A DNA stretch of 64,000 bases, taken from assembly GCF_024521635.1 (NCBI RefSeq), contig NW_026250406.1, positions 496,001 through 560,000 on the forward strand, read 5' to 3'. The stretch's first letter is position 1; each line of letters begins with the position of its first letter. The notes under the pieces were generated by a model, which saw nothing but the letters and a program-made list of their open reading frames with translations, was not told where the DNA came from and searched no databases. This stretch comes from Tricharina praecox. Taxonomy: Eukaryota. The translations under genes and the position numbers were made by a program. Below are positions 51,941-64,000 of the stretch, piece after piece.

Positions 51941-54900
51941 GGATGTTGCGATGTTGAGATGATGAGATGGTGAGATGTTTAGATGATGAGATGTAGAGGT
52001 TTTAAGATGATGAGATGATGAGATGATGAGATGACGAGATGATGAATAGACGAATGAATGGATGACGAGCAGGATGATGATGACGATGGAGGGGAGGAGG
52101 AGGGTTACCTATCTATGATAATGATTAAATTGCTCAGATTGGTATCTACGCGGCACAGTCATTCCTATTCATGATTTTCCAGTTTATTGAAGACGCACAC
52201 CTTGGTGATCGACTATTCAGTGTTGTAGATGATCTGTAATTCCCAGGCAGTCGAAAAATACTTCTTGAGAGTCTGCGCGCCCGAGTTGAACAACTAGGTA
52301 GAAGATCTCTTCCCGGCAGCGGATGATTTGGTGTTTGTTCATTATTGATTGCATGCGACCTATCCTCTAGCTGCCATCGAGATGCCCCCTCTTGTTGCCA
52401 TGGAGATGCCCCTATCGCTGCTGTGGAGCAGTACTGGCTGCGCTGTGAATGTTCCCCTCCCTCTTGCTTCTAATCGTGCTAATTTCCATGCTTCTAGTCC
52501 TGCTGGAGCGACTCTACTCCCGCCGCAATCCGTACTCCCCCTCCCCCGCAACTACTACTGCCGCTAATAGCACCCCCGTCCTATAGCTCTCTTCGCCGCC
52601 ACTACTATTCCCACTCCAGCCACAATTGCTATTCCTCCTCCTGCCACCACTGCTGCTCTCGCTGATGCTTCTCTCCCACAGCTCTACCCTCCCCGCCGCA
52701 GCTCTGCCCTCGCCGCCACTGCTATTTTCCCTCCCGCCGCCACTGCTACCCTCAATGATAGCTTCTCTCTCATAGCGTTTCTCGGCGGAACTCTCCTCTC
52801 GGTGCAACTCTACTCTGGCTGCAAATCTACCCTCGCTGATAGCTTTTCTCTCATAGTTTTTCTAGCAGCAACTCTATTCTCCATTCCCCTCGGCGCAATA
52901 CATCCACTGGGCACAGGCTAGAAAGAATATTAAATAGTGAAGGAATTAGATAGAATACTAGATAAAAATTCAATGCGAGACACACTAGATTACTGCATAC
53001 AAACCGGCCCGTAGTGATGTAAAATCAGGATTCACCCCGGTACTACTATGAGAGTTGTGCAAAGACGCATTCATTTGAAAGCCAGCATTCATTTGAACAC
53101 CAGCATGCTGCCATAGCGGTCTAGAAAGTTTATGAGCTTTGTGTGAAGACGCATTCATTTGAATGCCAGCATACTGCCATAGCAAGACCCAAATCAAAGA
53201 ACAGGATGATTCACATCTATCGGTACCGACGTGGCAATGCGCATTACTTTTCTCAGTATAATCATTTTTTGGCCGTAAAGATTCCGCTGTTTTTAGATTG
53301 CCTCCAATAATTCTTCTGTCGTCTGGCTCTGGTACCGCCTCCATACCGATCAGCCCTGGTTGTTTACCACTGTATGCTATTCCATTCTCCTCCAGCCATA
53401 TATGACTGAAACCTCTGTCTAAACCCGGCTTCGTTGTGGAAAGTTGAAACACATCTCGAACCGTAGAGCCGTCGCTGGCACTGGTAGTTAGTGATTCATT
53501 TTCCACAACTGCGCGGGGAGTCTGACTTCCGGGCACTTTAGCGAATATTCGTCTCCTTAACACATGGGCGAGGCATCAATGGAGGGAGATACGAGTATCT
53601 TGACAGCTGTTGAAACTTGAAGGTGGTTTCGATGTTGAGGTTGATAGATAGACTGGAAGGATGGAAACGGGAGTGTTGTCTTCAGCGTGCCCTTCAAACA
53701 ACGATGAGGTCAGACATGGAGACTAGATACATATCTCGGTTAGTAACAAAAGAGAAAGCCACGTCCAGCAAAATGACAGACAGGGCAGGCTACTCGGAAG
53801 GAGGGGACAGAACTGGACTGCTCTAATCCGATCTGTCCGGACTATGTAGAGCACTGGTGCTGTGGTTCCAAGAGAGGTTGAGATCTTGGGAATATTTCGC
53901 ATGCGGCCTATCTCGACTATGTCGAGCCGTCGCACTCCTTTCCTGCCAGCTATGGCCGTTCGGAGGTTGTGACGCCCTCTGCCGGCCAGCACGATGTGGC
54001 GCCGCTGCCTTCCAAAAATAAATATACCAAAAATAAATAAAAAATAAAACATTACATAGGACATCGAACCAGTACTACATGTTCGCACTCAGATCCAATC
54101 ACCAAGTGTCGTCGCTCCTCACCTCCCTGCAGAGGCTGCAGACACAGAGTCCTGCTGGACACTTTGGTTCTACTCGGGATGCTTCCCTCCCCTACTCCTC
54201 CTCCTCCTCCTCCTCCTCCACCTACAGGTCTGACGGAGCTGTCCTCGCTACGTCCGTCGTTCGTAGGAACGAGTCTAGGCTCGCATCGCTGAATCGTTGC
54301 ACCGCTACATCGCTGCACCGCTAATCGGCGAACAGCTCCGCTGTGGACCATCTTTCCTGCCTTCTTTTTGTCTGCTTCCCAGCCTTCGTCCACACGGCTT
54401 TCTGCTGGCATCTCCGCTGTTGGCACTGTTTGCACAAGTGCTTTCGTGACTGCTTGGTTGGTTTGTTTCACCACCAGCAGTGATCATCAACTCCGGTTCT
54501 TGACCTGATTGAGGTACATAGCGCTGCCGGTGTGACACGTGGCGGTGCCGTTCGCAGGCAGCACTTCGCACGTCATCGTTCGATGGGCGAATGATTGCAT
54601 GCTTCGACGGCAGTGACAACACCACTAACGACTCAACGGCGACTCAGTACCATGCACGGCGTGGGTTAATTCAACGCAGTCGCTGCTCCCCCCCTTTCTA
54701 TATATCTTCCTCCTCCTTCTTCCTTCAGTACCAACCATCAACGTTCTCACTCTCCTTCTCCCTTCTTCCTACTCCACTATTAACCTCTTCTCCCACCCTC
54801 CTCCTTCTTCGTACTCAACCTTCAATCATCTTACGATAACCTCCTTCTTCCTACTACCCTACTTCCAACTTCTCTTCCCTTCGTCTCTCTTCTTCGTACC

Positions 54901-57162
54901 CCACTATCAATCATCTTGATAACCTCCTATCGCGCCATGCAACTGAAGATGCCAGCCATCCACCACCCCTCCATCCTCACCGCAACTCTCATGACAACCC
55001 CTTTGTCTCTTACTATCACCTTCTTCCACCTTTAAAACTCCGATTCTCCGCTTCTCTACAGACTTCCAGTACTATAGAGCATGGCTGTCAATATCATCCC
55101 CACCCGACCCTCATCACGGCACTCTAATCATCCTACTCGCAACACCGTCCCCAAGATGGCTACGCCCTGCTCCGCGAGGCCGGCCATGGAGGCCTCCACC
55201 GCTTATGTGCCCTCGCCATTTTGGCCCCCCTGGCCCTGCTCGCCGGCAATTTGGCGGTCAACGAAGACGCTCGTACCCAATGCGGCGGCTCCTGGCCCTG
55301 ACCCCCGGCAATTTGGCAGTCAAAGAAGACGAACGAAATCATGTCTTACGAAGACGACGGAGGATACTTCGAAACCAGCCGCAAAACCACATATTAGGAG
55401 GACGACGGAGGATATCTTGAAGCAACCTTCTATGAAGACGGCGCAGGATGCCTCCTCCGTCGAAGACGCATCCGAGGAAGACTCCGAGGATATACTCGGA
55501 GGAGGAAGTTTTGGGAAACGAAGATAAGGACGACTCGGACGACTACGGGAAAAGGAGCTTCAGACTTCCGTCTGGAGTGGGTGGAGCTGGGAACTACTAA
55601 GGGTGGTAACCAAGGCAACAACGGAAAGAATATCCAGGGAATCCAAGTGCAAGCCGTCAACAACCAGCAGCAAGGACGAGAAGATGAATAATCAATGGGT
55701 GGAAGGACGAGATGACGAGATGATGGGATGATGAGATGATGAGATGATGAATGATGAATGAATTGGAAGAGGACATTATGACATGTTGCGATGATGAATG
55801 ATTAATGAATGGGAAGACGAGATGGGAGATGAGGGCGAGGAAGAGAAGAACGGAGAGGAGGCTGCTGAGGGTGCTGTTTTTTTCTTCTTTCAATTTTATT
55901 CCAGATAGGGTACTTTAACTGCATCCTGAATGACTTGGTATTCTTCCGAGCTCGTCGTGACGCAATATATCCCAGGCTCGTAGCCAGCCAGTGCTGTACA
56001 TATTCCACTTCAGCCCAAACGCACCCCACCTATTTGCCCCGTTCATCGGCGAGAAACTTCACTGTTGACATCCCTCCGTACTCCTCTTTGCCTGCTTCCG
56101 AAGTTCCCAACCGTCGCCCACATGGCTTTCTGCTGGCGTCTTCACCATGAGTAGTTTTCGATTAGGTGCTCTCGTAATCGCGTTGTTAGTCTGTTCAACC
56201 ACCAGCACTGATCAACATATCGCTTCTTGATCCACTTTTGGTACGTATTTGTAAGAGCGTACCCCGTCTTCGGTCGATACAAGCGGTCAGCGAGCCTTTC
56301 TGGCGCTTTGGGTGGGCGCGGATCGGGTGTCTTTTTGGGGCACCGCTTAGTGTCGTATCCGGGATTTTGAATCCCGCATAATGACCGTTGATGCGCCTCT
56401 GTCTATTGCTCGTCGCTCATCCACCTCTTGAGAAGCACCAGTGAGCCCGGAAGATGTACGCCACGCTGGCGTCCATATCCGCCATCTTGCCAGAGCAGTT
56501 CTACTCCATCGCCGTCAGGAGTTTCCGCCGCGAGTTTGTTGCACTCGTCTAGTATTTCATTTCTCAGTGTGGTTCTCGGGCAGCACTTTATACGTCATCG
56601 CTTGATCAGCGAGTCACGTTGCATCCCTCAACGGCAGCGACAAGCCGCACAAACACTCAACGGTGATTTAGCCCTAAGCACCGCGTCGGTTATTTCGACG
56701 AAGTTTCTTCCTCCCCCCTTTCTTTCCTCCTACTTCTTCCGTACTCACCATCATCTTCCTCTCTCTTCTTCCCCCTTCTTCCTACTCTACCACTAACTTC
56801 CTCTCTTTCCTCGTCCCTTCTCCCTACTTTACCATCAACTTCCTCTCTCTCCTTCTCCCTTCTTCTTACTTTACCATCAACACCCCTCCATCCACACGAC
56901 AACTCTTTCATTTCTCACCACCACCCTCCTCTAAGTGTCAAGATCCTGCATCTCTTTACAACCCCCGCTCCCCCTGGCCATGTTGACCCTCCTCGACTTA
57001 TTCGCCGCCAATTTGGCGGCCGAGGCTGCCGGCCATAGCGACGACTGTCTTGAGCACGCACTGAATTTTACTTGTGAACAACAGCTGATCTAAATGCAGA
57101 TTTTTTCTTTGCGTTTCTATGAGTGGAACACCACAGCGAGCCATTGCTTCGCACGCAGTGCG

Positions 57163-57505
57163 GCGGTTCCTCGCCCTGCCCACCGCAAACTTGGCAGTCG
57201 AAGACGAGCGCCACACCCAATGCGGCGGTTCCTGGCCCTGCTCGCCGCCAACTTGGCGGTTGAAGATCGACGCGCTGTTGGATGACGAAAACATCAATCG
57301 CATTATCGAATGCGTAGTCAGCGTGATGGATACGTAGGAAGCGGTCACCGAACCCACCGCGGACGAGCAGGAGAATCAAGAGGAAGATCTTTCAGAGTTC
57401 CTGCGGCTTCTGGAAGAGTCAGAAAATGCCGATCCCACGCTAGACCACCCGGATGGACACCACTTTTGAAGATCTGATGACTTGTTGCGACATGTTTCGT
57501 TTGAA
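57163..57505 (+). pseudogene. Acidic-domain segment, near-identical to 41398-41740
   Basis: About 12 differences over ~340 bp by hand count; shared premature TAG. Confidence 0.65.
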
Positions 57506-59293
57506 GAATTTGGTACGCTGTCTGAGCACTCACTGAATCTTTTTGTGAACAACAGCTGATCGAAATGCAGATTTTTCTGTTTCTTTCTACCGTCGAAATA
57601 TCACCGCCGATTTTGAGATTTTTTTTTGGTACGCAATCTGAGCACTCACTGAATTTTACTGGGGAACAACCGCTGATGTAAATGCAGTTTTTGTTTTTGT
57701 TTTTGTTTTTGTTTTTTTGGTTGTTTCTGCGAGCTGAACACCATAGCGGAAGCCTCCTTCGAAGCACACTCGATCCGCTTCAACGTGTCAATGAACCTTC
57801 TCAATGCGCAAATGAGAAGACGAGAAGGTGAGAAGATGAGAAGACGAGAAGGAAGGTGAAGACGATGGTGAGGAGGAAGGGGAGCAGGATGGTGGGGATG
57901 AGGACGGTGAGGAGGCTGCTGAGGGTGCTGTTTTTTTTTATTTCAATTTTATCGCAGAAACTGCATCCTCAATGAATTTGTGTTCTTCCGAGCTCGTCGC
58001 GACCCAACAGATAGGAGGCTTGTAGCCGACCAGTGTTTTACATATTGCAGTGCAGCCCCGACTCTCCCGATCCATGGTCAGGACTACATTACAGACATCT
58101 AGTTCGTTCGGGGGTGACTGCTGGGCGGCCATGTCCACCGGTTTGCTCGACCGTCAGATGGGACGGGTTGCAGTCGACTGCAAAGAAGGGTAGAATATAG
58201 TACATCTGAAATGAAATCATACGGCGACATTTGTATGCATGCAAGAGGGAGAGCTCCTCTACGTCGTGTGCATAGTTTTAGCGGTAACAACTAAGTACTT
58301 ATCTAGGTATTCGAAGTATTCTCGGACAGCAGTCGACTACAATCCGCCCCCGTCCAGCAAAATGTCTGACTAGACGCGCTATTTTTATCGCTTCCTCCAA
58401 AACGGACGGGACTGGGGCCAAAATACATCACTCCGAAGTCCACTCCCCTACCGCGCCTAAATCCACATCCGGGGGGAAACTCTCAGCGGATATCTCCGAG
58501 AGCACAGCTAGGAATGTACCAGCGATCGAGACATGCGACAGGCACTCGGTAATCGTCTCACATGTGGCGACCGGGCCGACGGAAACTTCTCCAAGCATCC
58601 TGGTCGTAGTCCCCCAGCCCCGGTGAAGTTGAGTATGAACGGTAGGAAGCCCCCTGTCTCCATTGCCTCGATTGGCCTCGGCTGGTGAGCCCCAAATGAA
58701 AGCTTGTTGCGATTAAGATTGTTTCTCTTCCGCAGCGATCCGCAGGTACAAGAATGTCCTTGACTGGACCACGATCCCGCGATTACTTGCATTTCCATGT
58801 AAAAGAGTGATAAGGAGGGAAGATGTAGAAAAACTGCTGTTTCACATCTGGCATGTTACCGGGCGCTGCTTATAATACCCCTGTATCCTTTGGGAATGAG
58901 AACAGCGAGGAAGATGGCGGGCTTCCTATTTCTGTGGCCGGAAGTCATTAAGCTACTCTTTGTACCTGCATTCTATGTATGTACTCAAATATCGGAAAAA
59001 CTCTATGGGTCAATCCAATCTTTTTACTGGGCGCGCAGGGCGGCAACACCCGAATTGACCGAATACTGCCAGGTTCATGGTACATCACACCATGTGCATC
59101 TCATCTTACCTCAGCACTGCCCTCCGGCAGACGACGCCATCCCCGATCGAGCGCAACTCTACGCTGCGCCTGCCCAACCCCACCACCACGCAAATCAACG
59201 GCCATCCGCGAACTGCAGGGTTCGGGATTCCATAAATACTATTAGTACCTGTCTTCCGCGCGCGATCTACATTCTTCTCTATCAACATCATAT

Positions 59294-60231
59294 ATGAGGA
59301 CTTCGACATTATTTCTTCTCGGGGCCACCGCTGCCGCAGCATTTGAGCTCCCGGCCTCGCTTGATGCCATCTACAACACCCTCAACAGCACCGATGCAAA
59401 TTGCAAGAAATATATCGACAGCAACCACAAGCTCTACGACGGCCACGATAACCAAGGCTGGGGGTTTTGTCGGGATCTGCCCGGCGCCGTGTACGTGCGC
59501 GGACCGGAGGGGAAGCTAGGGGATATGGATGTCGACTGTACGCACTTCCAGCGAAGCCGGAGGGAGAGGGGAAGGGAGAGGGAACTCACGCTGACTGAGC
59601 TCTAACTAGGCGACGGCGCGGCGAACTGCGATGTGGCGAGCAACGACTACCAGGGCGGCACGGCGTTCGATGAGACGCTGGTGGAGGACGACTACGGCAT
59701 TAAGTCGCTCAATGCGACGGTGCACCCGTTCGTCGTGCTGGGGACCTGCGATGTCAGCTTGACGGATGTTATCAAGCCGCTGTCGCTTGTTGCGGTGGTC
59801 TGCGACGGTGCGCTGCACTATGCTGTGTTCGGAGATACGAATGGATGCGATGATGATAACTTCACCGGCGAGGCGTCGCTGGCTCTCGCGAGATTGTGCT
59901 TTCCGGACGACGGCATGAGCGGGATGAATGGTCATGAAGAACACGACGTGTTATGTGAGAATCTTGTGCCCCCGATTACCGTAAACCCACGCTGACCCGA
60001 GTAGATCTTGCATTCACCTCGGACGATGCGGTCCTGGGCCCAGATGACGCGGCGTGGAATGCGACAGATCCGACGGTGTTTGAGGAGAGCCTGAAGGCGA
60101 AGGGTGATCAACTTTTGGAAAGCTTCGTGAAGAAGGCGGCAGAGGCGAGGGCGAATGGCAGGGCTGCGGCTAGGTGGGCTATGGGGGGGATTTCGATGGC
60201 AGTTTTGTTGGCTGCAGATGGCTGGCTGTGA
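59294..60231 (+). CDS. Fungal chitosanase, glycoside hydrolase family 75; exons 59294-59537, 59610-59954, 60005-60231; 271 aa
   Basis: Signal peptide, DMDVDCDG, DYQGGTAF, LNATVHPFVVLG, PLSLVAVVC, YAVFGDTNG, GEASLALARLCF, NGHEEHDVLYLAF. Two canonical introns give an 816-nt open frame. Confidence 0.93.
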
Positions 60232-63200
60232 GAGGGCCAACAGGTGAAGTGGGCCTATCGGCGACTCTTTCGTTCGTCGATCAGGAGCGCACTGGCTACC
60301 AAGCCCCTGGTGATATACCGCTATTTAGACTTAATTTAGTGCGGAATTTAATCTTCGAAGTATAGCTTTCCACGAGCTTTCCACACGCTTTCGTTCCCAA
60401 GGCTTATCAATAGCGAGTGACGGAAATAACCTGTACCTTCATAGTACCGCTTAAATAGTTTCCCGATCCGGAAGTCACGTCCGATGACTCATGGATCATC
60501 ACGTCGCTCCTCGCGGCCGTGGTCAAAAATCACCCGAAAGCAATCTCCCTCATCGCACGATCACTGGAAGCGGTCGTTGACAGACGGCACACCCCGGGCA
60601 GATTCACCGTCTAATAGGTATGCTGCACCTTCCAAATGAATGAATTTTCAATATAGTTGGGAAGTCTATCGAAAGGAGGAGGAAGAGGCAGTCTTGGTAG
60701 AAATGTACCGGATTCTGATTTCTTCCTTCGATAACATATCAGCAGGATTTATTACGAGTTTGAACTCCGGGTTTTGTAGGTCGCATGGCGAGGCCGAGGC
60801 GGCGTCAACAATGTCTCGCATCCTGTTAACTTTCGACGAGCTCATTGAATGGCATTTGATCGTTCACGTGAAGTGACAACAAGGAAGTACAAATCGGTCA
60901 TAAGTATCTTCACTGATTCCGGACATCTTGGGTTCGCTGAGAAGGCTTCCTGAAACGTTACGCGCTCCGTTCCACTCCCTTTATGTGGCTACTAGTCGTT
61001 CGATTTATTCACTCTCCATCGATGGCTCTTGATAGAAGTGCTGTCAACTAGGCTTCCGGCCTCCACTGTCCTTTGCTCCTCGTCTTTGCACAAGCCTCTT
61101 TGCGCTTGTTACTACCTCTTCTCTCCAGTTCATACTGTGAACCCAATCCCAGTCATTCCCCTCACCACATCATTCTCCCGCCGGCGCTGGAACTCTAATG
61201 GTGTGCTCATCTCGAGTGGGACTCGTCACTAGACCTCCTTTCAGTCCTACTAGCCCGTTTCCCAGCATTCCACCAAGCTCTCTCGCCACCGCCACCCAGG
61301 ATCCGCGAGCGTACTAACCCAAGGTACCGGCGGGACCTCGGGATCCTTCAATACCGCAATACGACCATAGCACCTTGGCTCTCCTCGAAGTAGGTACAGT
61401 CCCAGCTCTACTTAACGGTGGCCGAGCGTTTGGTACCAGTAAAGCGCCTCTTCTCGATCCCAGGATGAACATTCGAAGTCACTTGCTCGCGGCTCGAATG
61501 CGCCGTCAAATTTCAGCCTCTGCTTTCCCCTGAGACCGGAACAGTGGCATGGGTGGTAATCGACCAAAACCTGTGGTGCGACCAGGTGGACGATCAACTC
61601 CAACCTCCGGGCACAATCGGCGGTGGGTCAGGGGTGAGCGGTGATCGGGTTCATTGGTGCTTCAGTGGGAGCTGGATATCGACATAGTAACAGCGGGAGG
61701 GCGGGTGGAGACTCAGGAGTGGTGGCTTCTGCGGCGAGGACTTGACTCTGGAGAGTGGCATTCCGTTTGTAGATTGTATGCTTCCTGCTGTAAGGCCCGT
61801 TCGTTGTATCTATGTAGGTATGCAATTCTGGTTCCACCCATGATTCGCTAATGACCCTCCTTCTACGAATAAATAGGTGAAATTGAAGTCCAGCTACCTA
61901 GTCGAGACCGACGAAAGAAGTCGCTGCTGCTCGTCACTAGAGGGGTAAAGAGAAGCAATACTTCGTCAGTTACGGCCAGAAATACCATCTGGGACTCAGA
62001 GCCAAAGCAAGTAATTACCTCCAGAACCTCCCCATTACCGTACCTCGGTCGGCATTCGAGCTCTCCGGTGACCACGGTTGGTAGTTCGTCAATGGGCATA
62101 CTTGCCGCATCCTCATGGCGTCGAGGGGAATAAGAGACGGCTGGACGACCTTGAATTTGGCATTCTGGCAACGTAGACGTCGGCGTCGCGAAGTAAGGAT
62201 CGGTGCTGGAAATTGAGGCACATAGGGGAAGAGGAACTGATGACCGCAGAAGAGACGTAAGTAAATGTAAGAGCTGGTGTGGGTTTTTGTGGAGACCGAT
62301 TGGTTCCAAGATGCACCGTGTTGTACCGGGGAGACATGGCCCGGTGGTCAATCTTCCGCGGCGGTAGGAAGTATCAGAGCAGAGGAATGAATAGCGGAGG
62401 TGAAGGAAGCACGTGATAGCTGCGTTGTTGAGGTGCTAGCGCTTGTGGATGACGTATTGCATGGTATAGGGAGGGCCCGCAGGGGGGCTGTTTGTGTTTT
62501 TTCTATTGATTGGGCATGACGGTGACGCATCTGGTTCTTCCCATCAAATCAATCCATCCCATCCACTTTCACTCCACCCCACTCACTTCCACTCCACCTC
62601 ACCTACTCCCCCCACTCGCTCCCCATCCTCACCCCTAAATCTCCAAACACAACAACTACGATCACTATCAATTCAGCCCTCCGCGGTATCAACTTTGCAA
62701 TCAACAATCCACTAGGATCGAAGCTCCCATCCGACGACCCGAAACAAAGCTCACATTTTCTCATCTCCGCATCTCCTCATCTCCTTATGTCTTCATCTTC
62801 TCACTCCTTTCCCTCTCCGACGTGGATTCGCCTGAAGCCCGCGACCGCTTCATTCACCGCCTCAGTGACAGTCACTCGCAGCTGGCCCTCCTATTTAAAT
62901 CCCGGTCATAATTGTCCTCATCCCTTTCCTTTCCTTTCACATCCCCGATTTTGCCCTTGCAACTTGCCGTTACGGCACATCAGCCCACTGCGGTTGCCAT
63001 CGTTCCCCAACCCTGTGGTCTGGGAAGGTGTCAACGGATACGGTATGTGCACTGATCTCTATCACTACTCAGGATCATCATCACACACAGTAGCTACTTT
63101 AGCCCGCGGCAAGAATATCACAGCGGACTCACCGCTGCGGCTGGGGAGAAGAGATGGAGGACAGCGAGCCTCACCCGGCTGCGTCTGGCAACATCTGGAG

Positions 63201-63632
63201 CGACTCCAACATGGATAACGATGCGACGGAGAGCGACGAGGAGCACCCCGTGTGCATCCGAGCCCTAAGGGCCTAATTCCCTCCAAAGGATAAAAACCGT
63301 TGCGGCTAATCAGCACTGCTCCGCCAGCCACTGGTCCAGCCAGCAGCACATGAATAACGCGACTTCACACGAAGGGCTGTGAGATCGTGGAGTAATGCGT
63401 CGTCCCCACTATCCCCCTCCAGTCGACGGGCGTCGTTCTCCGCTCGGGCACCAGGGGGAGGAGGTGAATGCGGTTAGCAACCAAAGTTGGGGGCGCAAAC
63501 TGTAGTGGTAGTAGAGAAAAGAGCCGAGGCTAGGATCGGTGTAGACACGCATCACGTTTCCGGTGTAGATGCACCGGGTCGTGGTCGGGGGAGGGGGGGG
63601 GGGGGTTGAGACAAGAGAGATCGGGAGGAGAG

Positions 63633-64000
63633 TCACCTATTGAATGTGGCTATGCGTATTGGATGGATTAGCTCGACCTATTTATGATAATGGTTCAATT
63701 TCTCGCATTCGTATCTCTGCACAGTGATTCCTGTTCATAATCTTCCAGCTCATTAAAGCCACACCTTGGATATCGGCTGTGGTAGATCTAGACTTCTCAG
63801 AAAGCCGACCCATAGCTCAAGAGCCACAACGCCCCCGCCAAAGAGATAGAGGATTTCTTCTCGGGAGCGTATCACATAAATCTCGCAGCCCACAGAAAAA
63901 TAAATACTCGTGATAAATGATGCCTCAGATGTACTCGCTAAATTGGGAAATCGAGTCTTCGAAGTTCGAGCAATATGAAGTACTTTCCCAAGACTCTGCT
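63633..64000 (-). pseudogene. Further block A copy, running off the window end
   Basis: Minus frame SKTRFPNLASTSEASFITSIYFSVGCEIYVIRSREEILYLFGGGVVALELWVGFLRSLDLPQPISKV, then a frameshift to FNELEDYEQE. Confidence 0.6.

Larger units (their letters stand above)
33283..58140. repeat. Array of ~9 diverged same-orientation composite units (block A relic, palindromic block C, CT-rich leader, MAATIIPT ORF, purine-rich tail)
   Basis: Block A (TTGAATGTGGCTATGCATATTGGATAGAGTGG...) starts near 33285, 35570, 42295, 45168, 46828, 49735 and 52105. Block C (CACGTCATCGCTCGATGA) at 33880, 37026, 43442, 43777, 45593, 48460, 50593, 54573 and 56595. ORF starts at 34966, 37350, 44457, 45968 (ACG), 48884, 51497 and 55081. 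Confidence 0.9.

Noticed and set aside
52985..53563. 192-aa minus-strand ORF
   Set aside because: Partly built from a short internal duplication (AAGACGCATTCATTTGAA..GCCATAGC); no motif recognised.
33283..58140. Array units as autonomous transposons or Starship elements
   Set aside because: No transposase, RT, integrase, Rep/helicase or tyrosine-recombinase motif recognised, and no terminal repeats bound the units. A non-autonomous TE origin is not excluded.
61300..63400. Fragmentary protein-like frames
   Set aside because: Possibly decayed genes, but I could not assemble a consistent model or assign a family.

Overview
Eukaryotic (filamentous ascomycete-type) DNA with short GT-AG introns carrying CTRAC branch sites; gene-poor and repeat-rich. 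Five intact protein genes can be built by hand: a cytochrome P450, the SDH flavinylation factor Sdh5/SDHAF2, a CAP/SCP protein with a C-terminal hydrophobic helix, a LaeA-like SAM methyltransferase and a GH75 chitosanase. There are also two intron-containing tRNA-Asp(GTC) genes with identical exons. Mobile-element debris includes four solo LTRs with perfect 5-bp target-site duplications, two more with imperfect ones, and an RNase H remnant of a non-LTR retroelement. Several decayed genes are visible (zf-4CXXC_R1-like zinc finger, Vps62-like, ankyrin-like). The most unusual structure is a ~25 kb array from 33.3 to 58.1 kb, resuming at 63.6 kb, of about 9-10 diverged, same-orientation 1.7-4 kb units. 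Each unit appears to hold a minus-strand coding relic, a conserved palindromic element with a TATA/CT-rich leader, and a plus-strand 'MAATIIPT' ORF carrying a variable internal repeat. I read this as an amplified head-to-head pair of unknown genes. All alignments and counts were done by eye; no database search was run.
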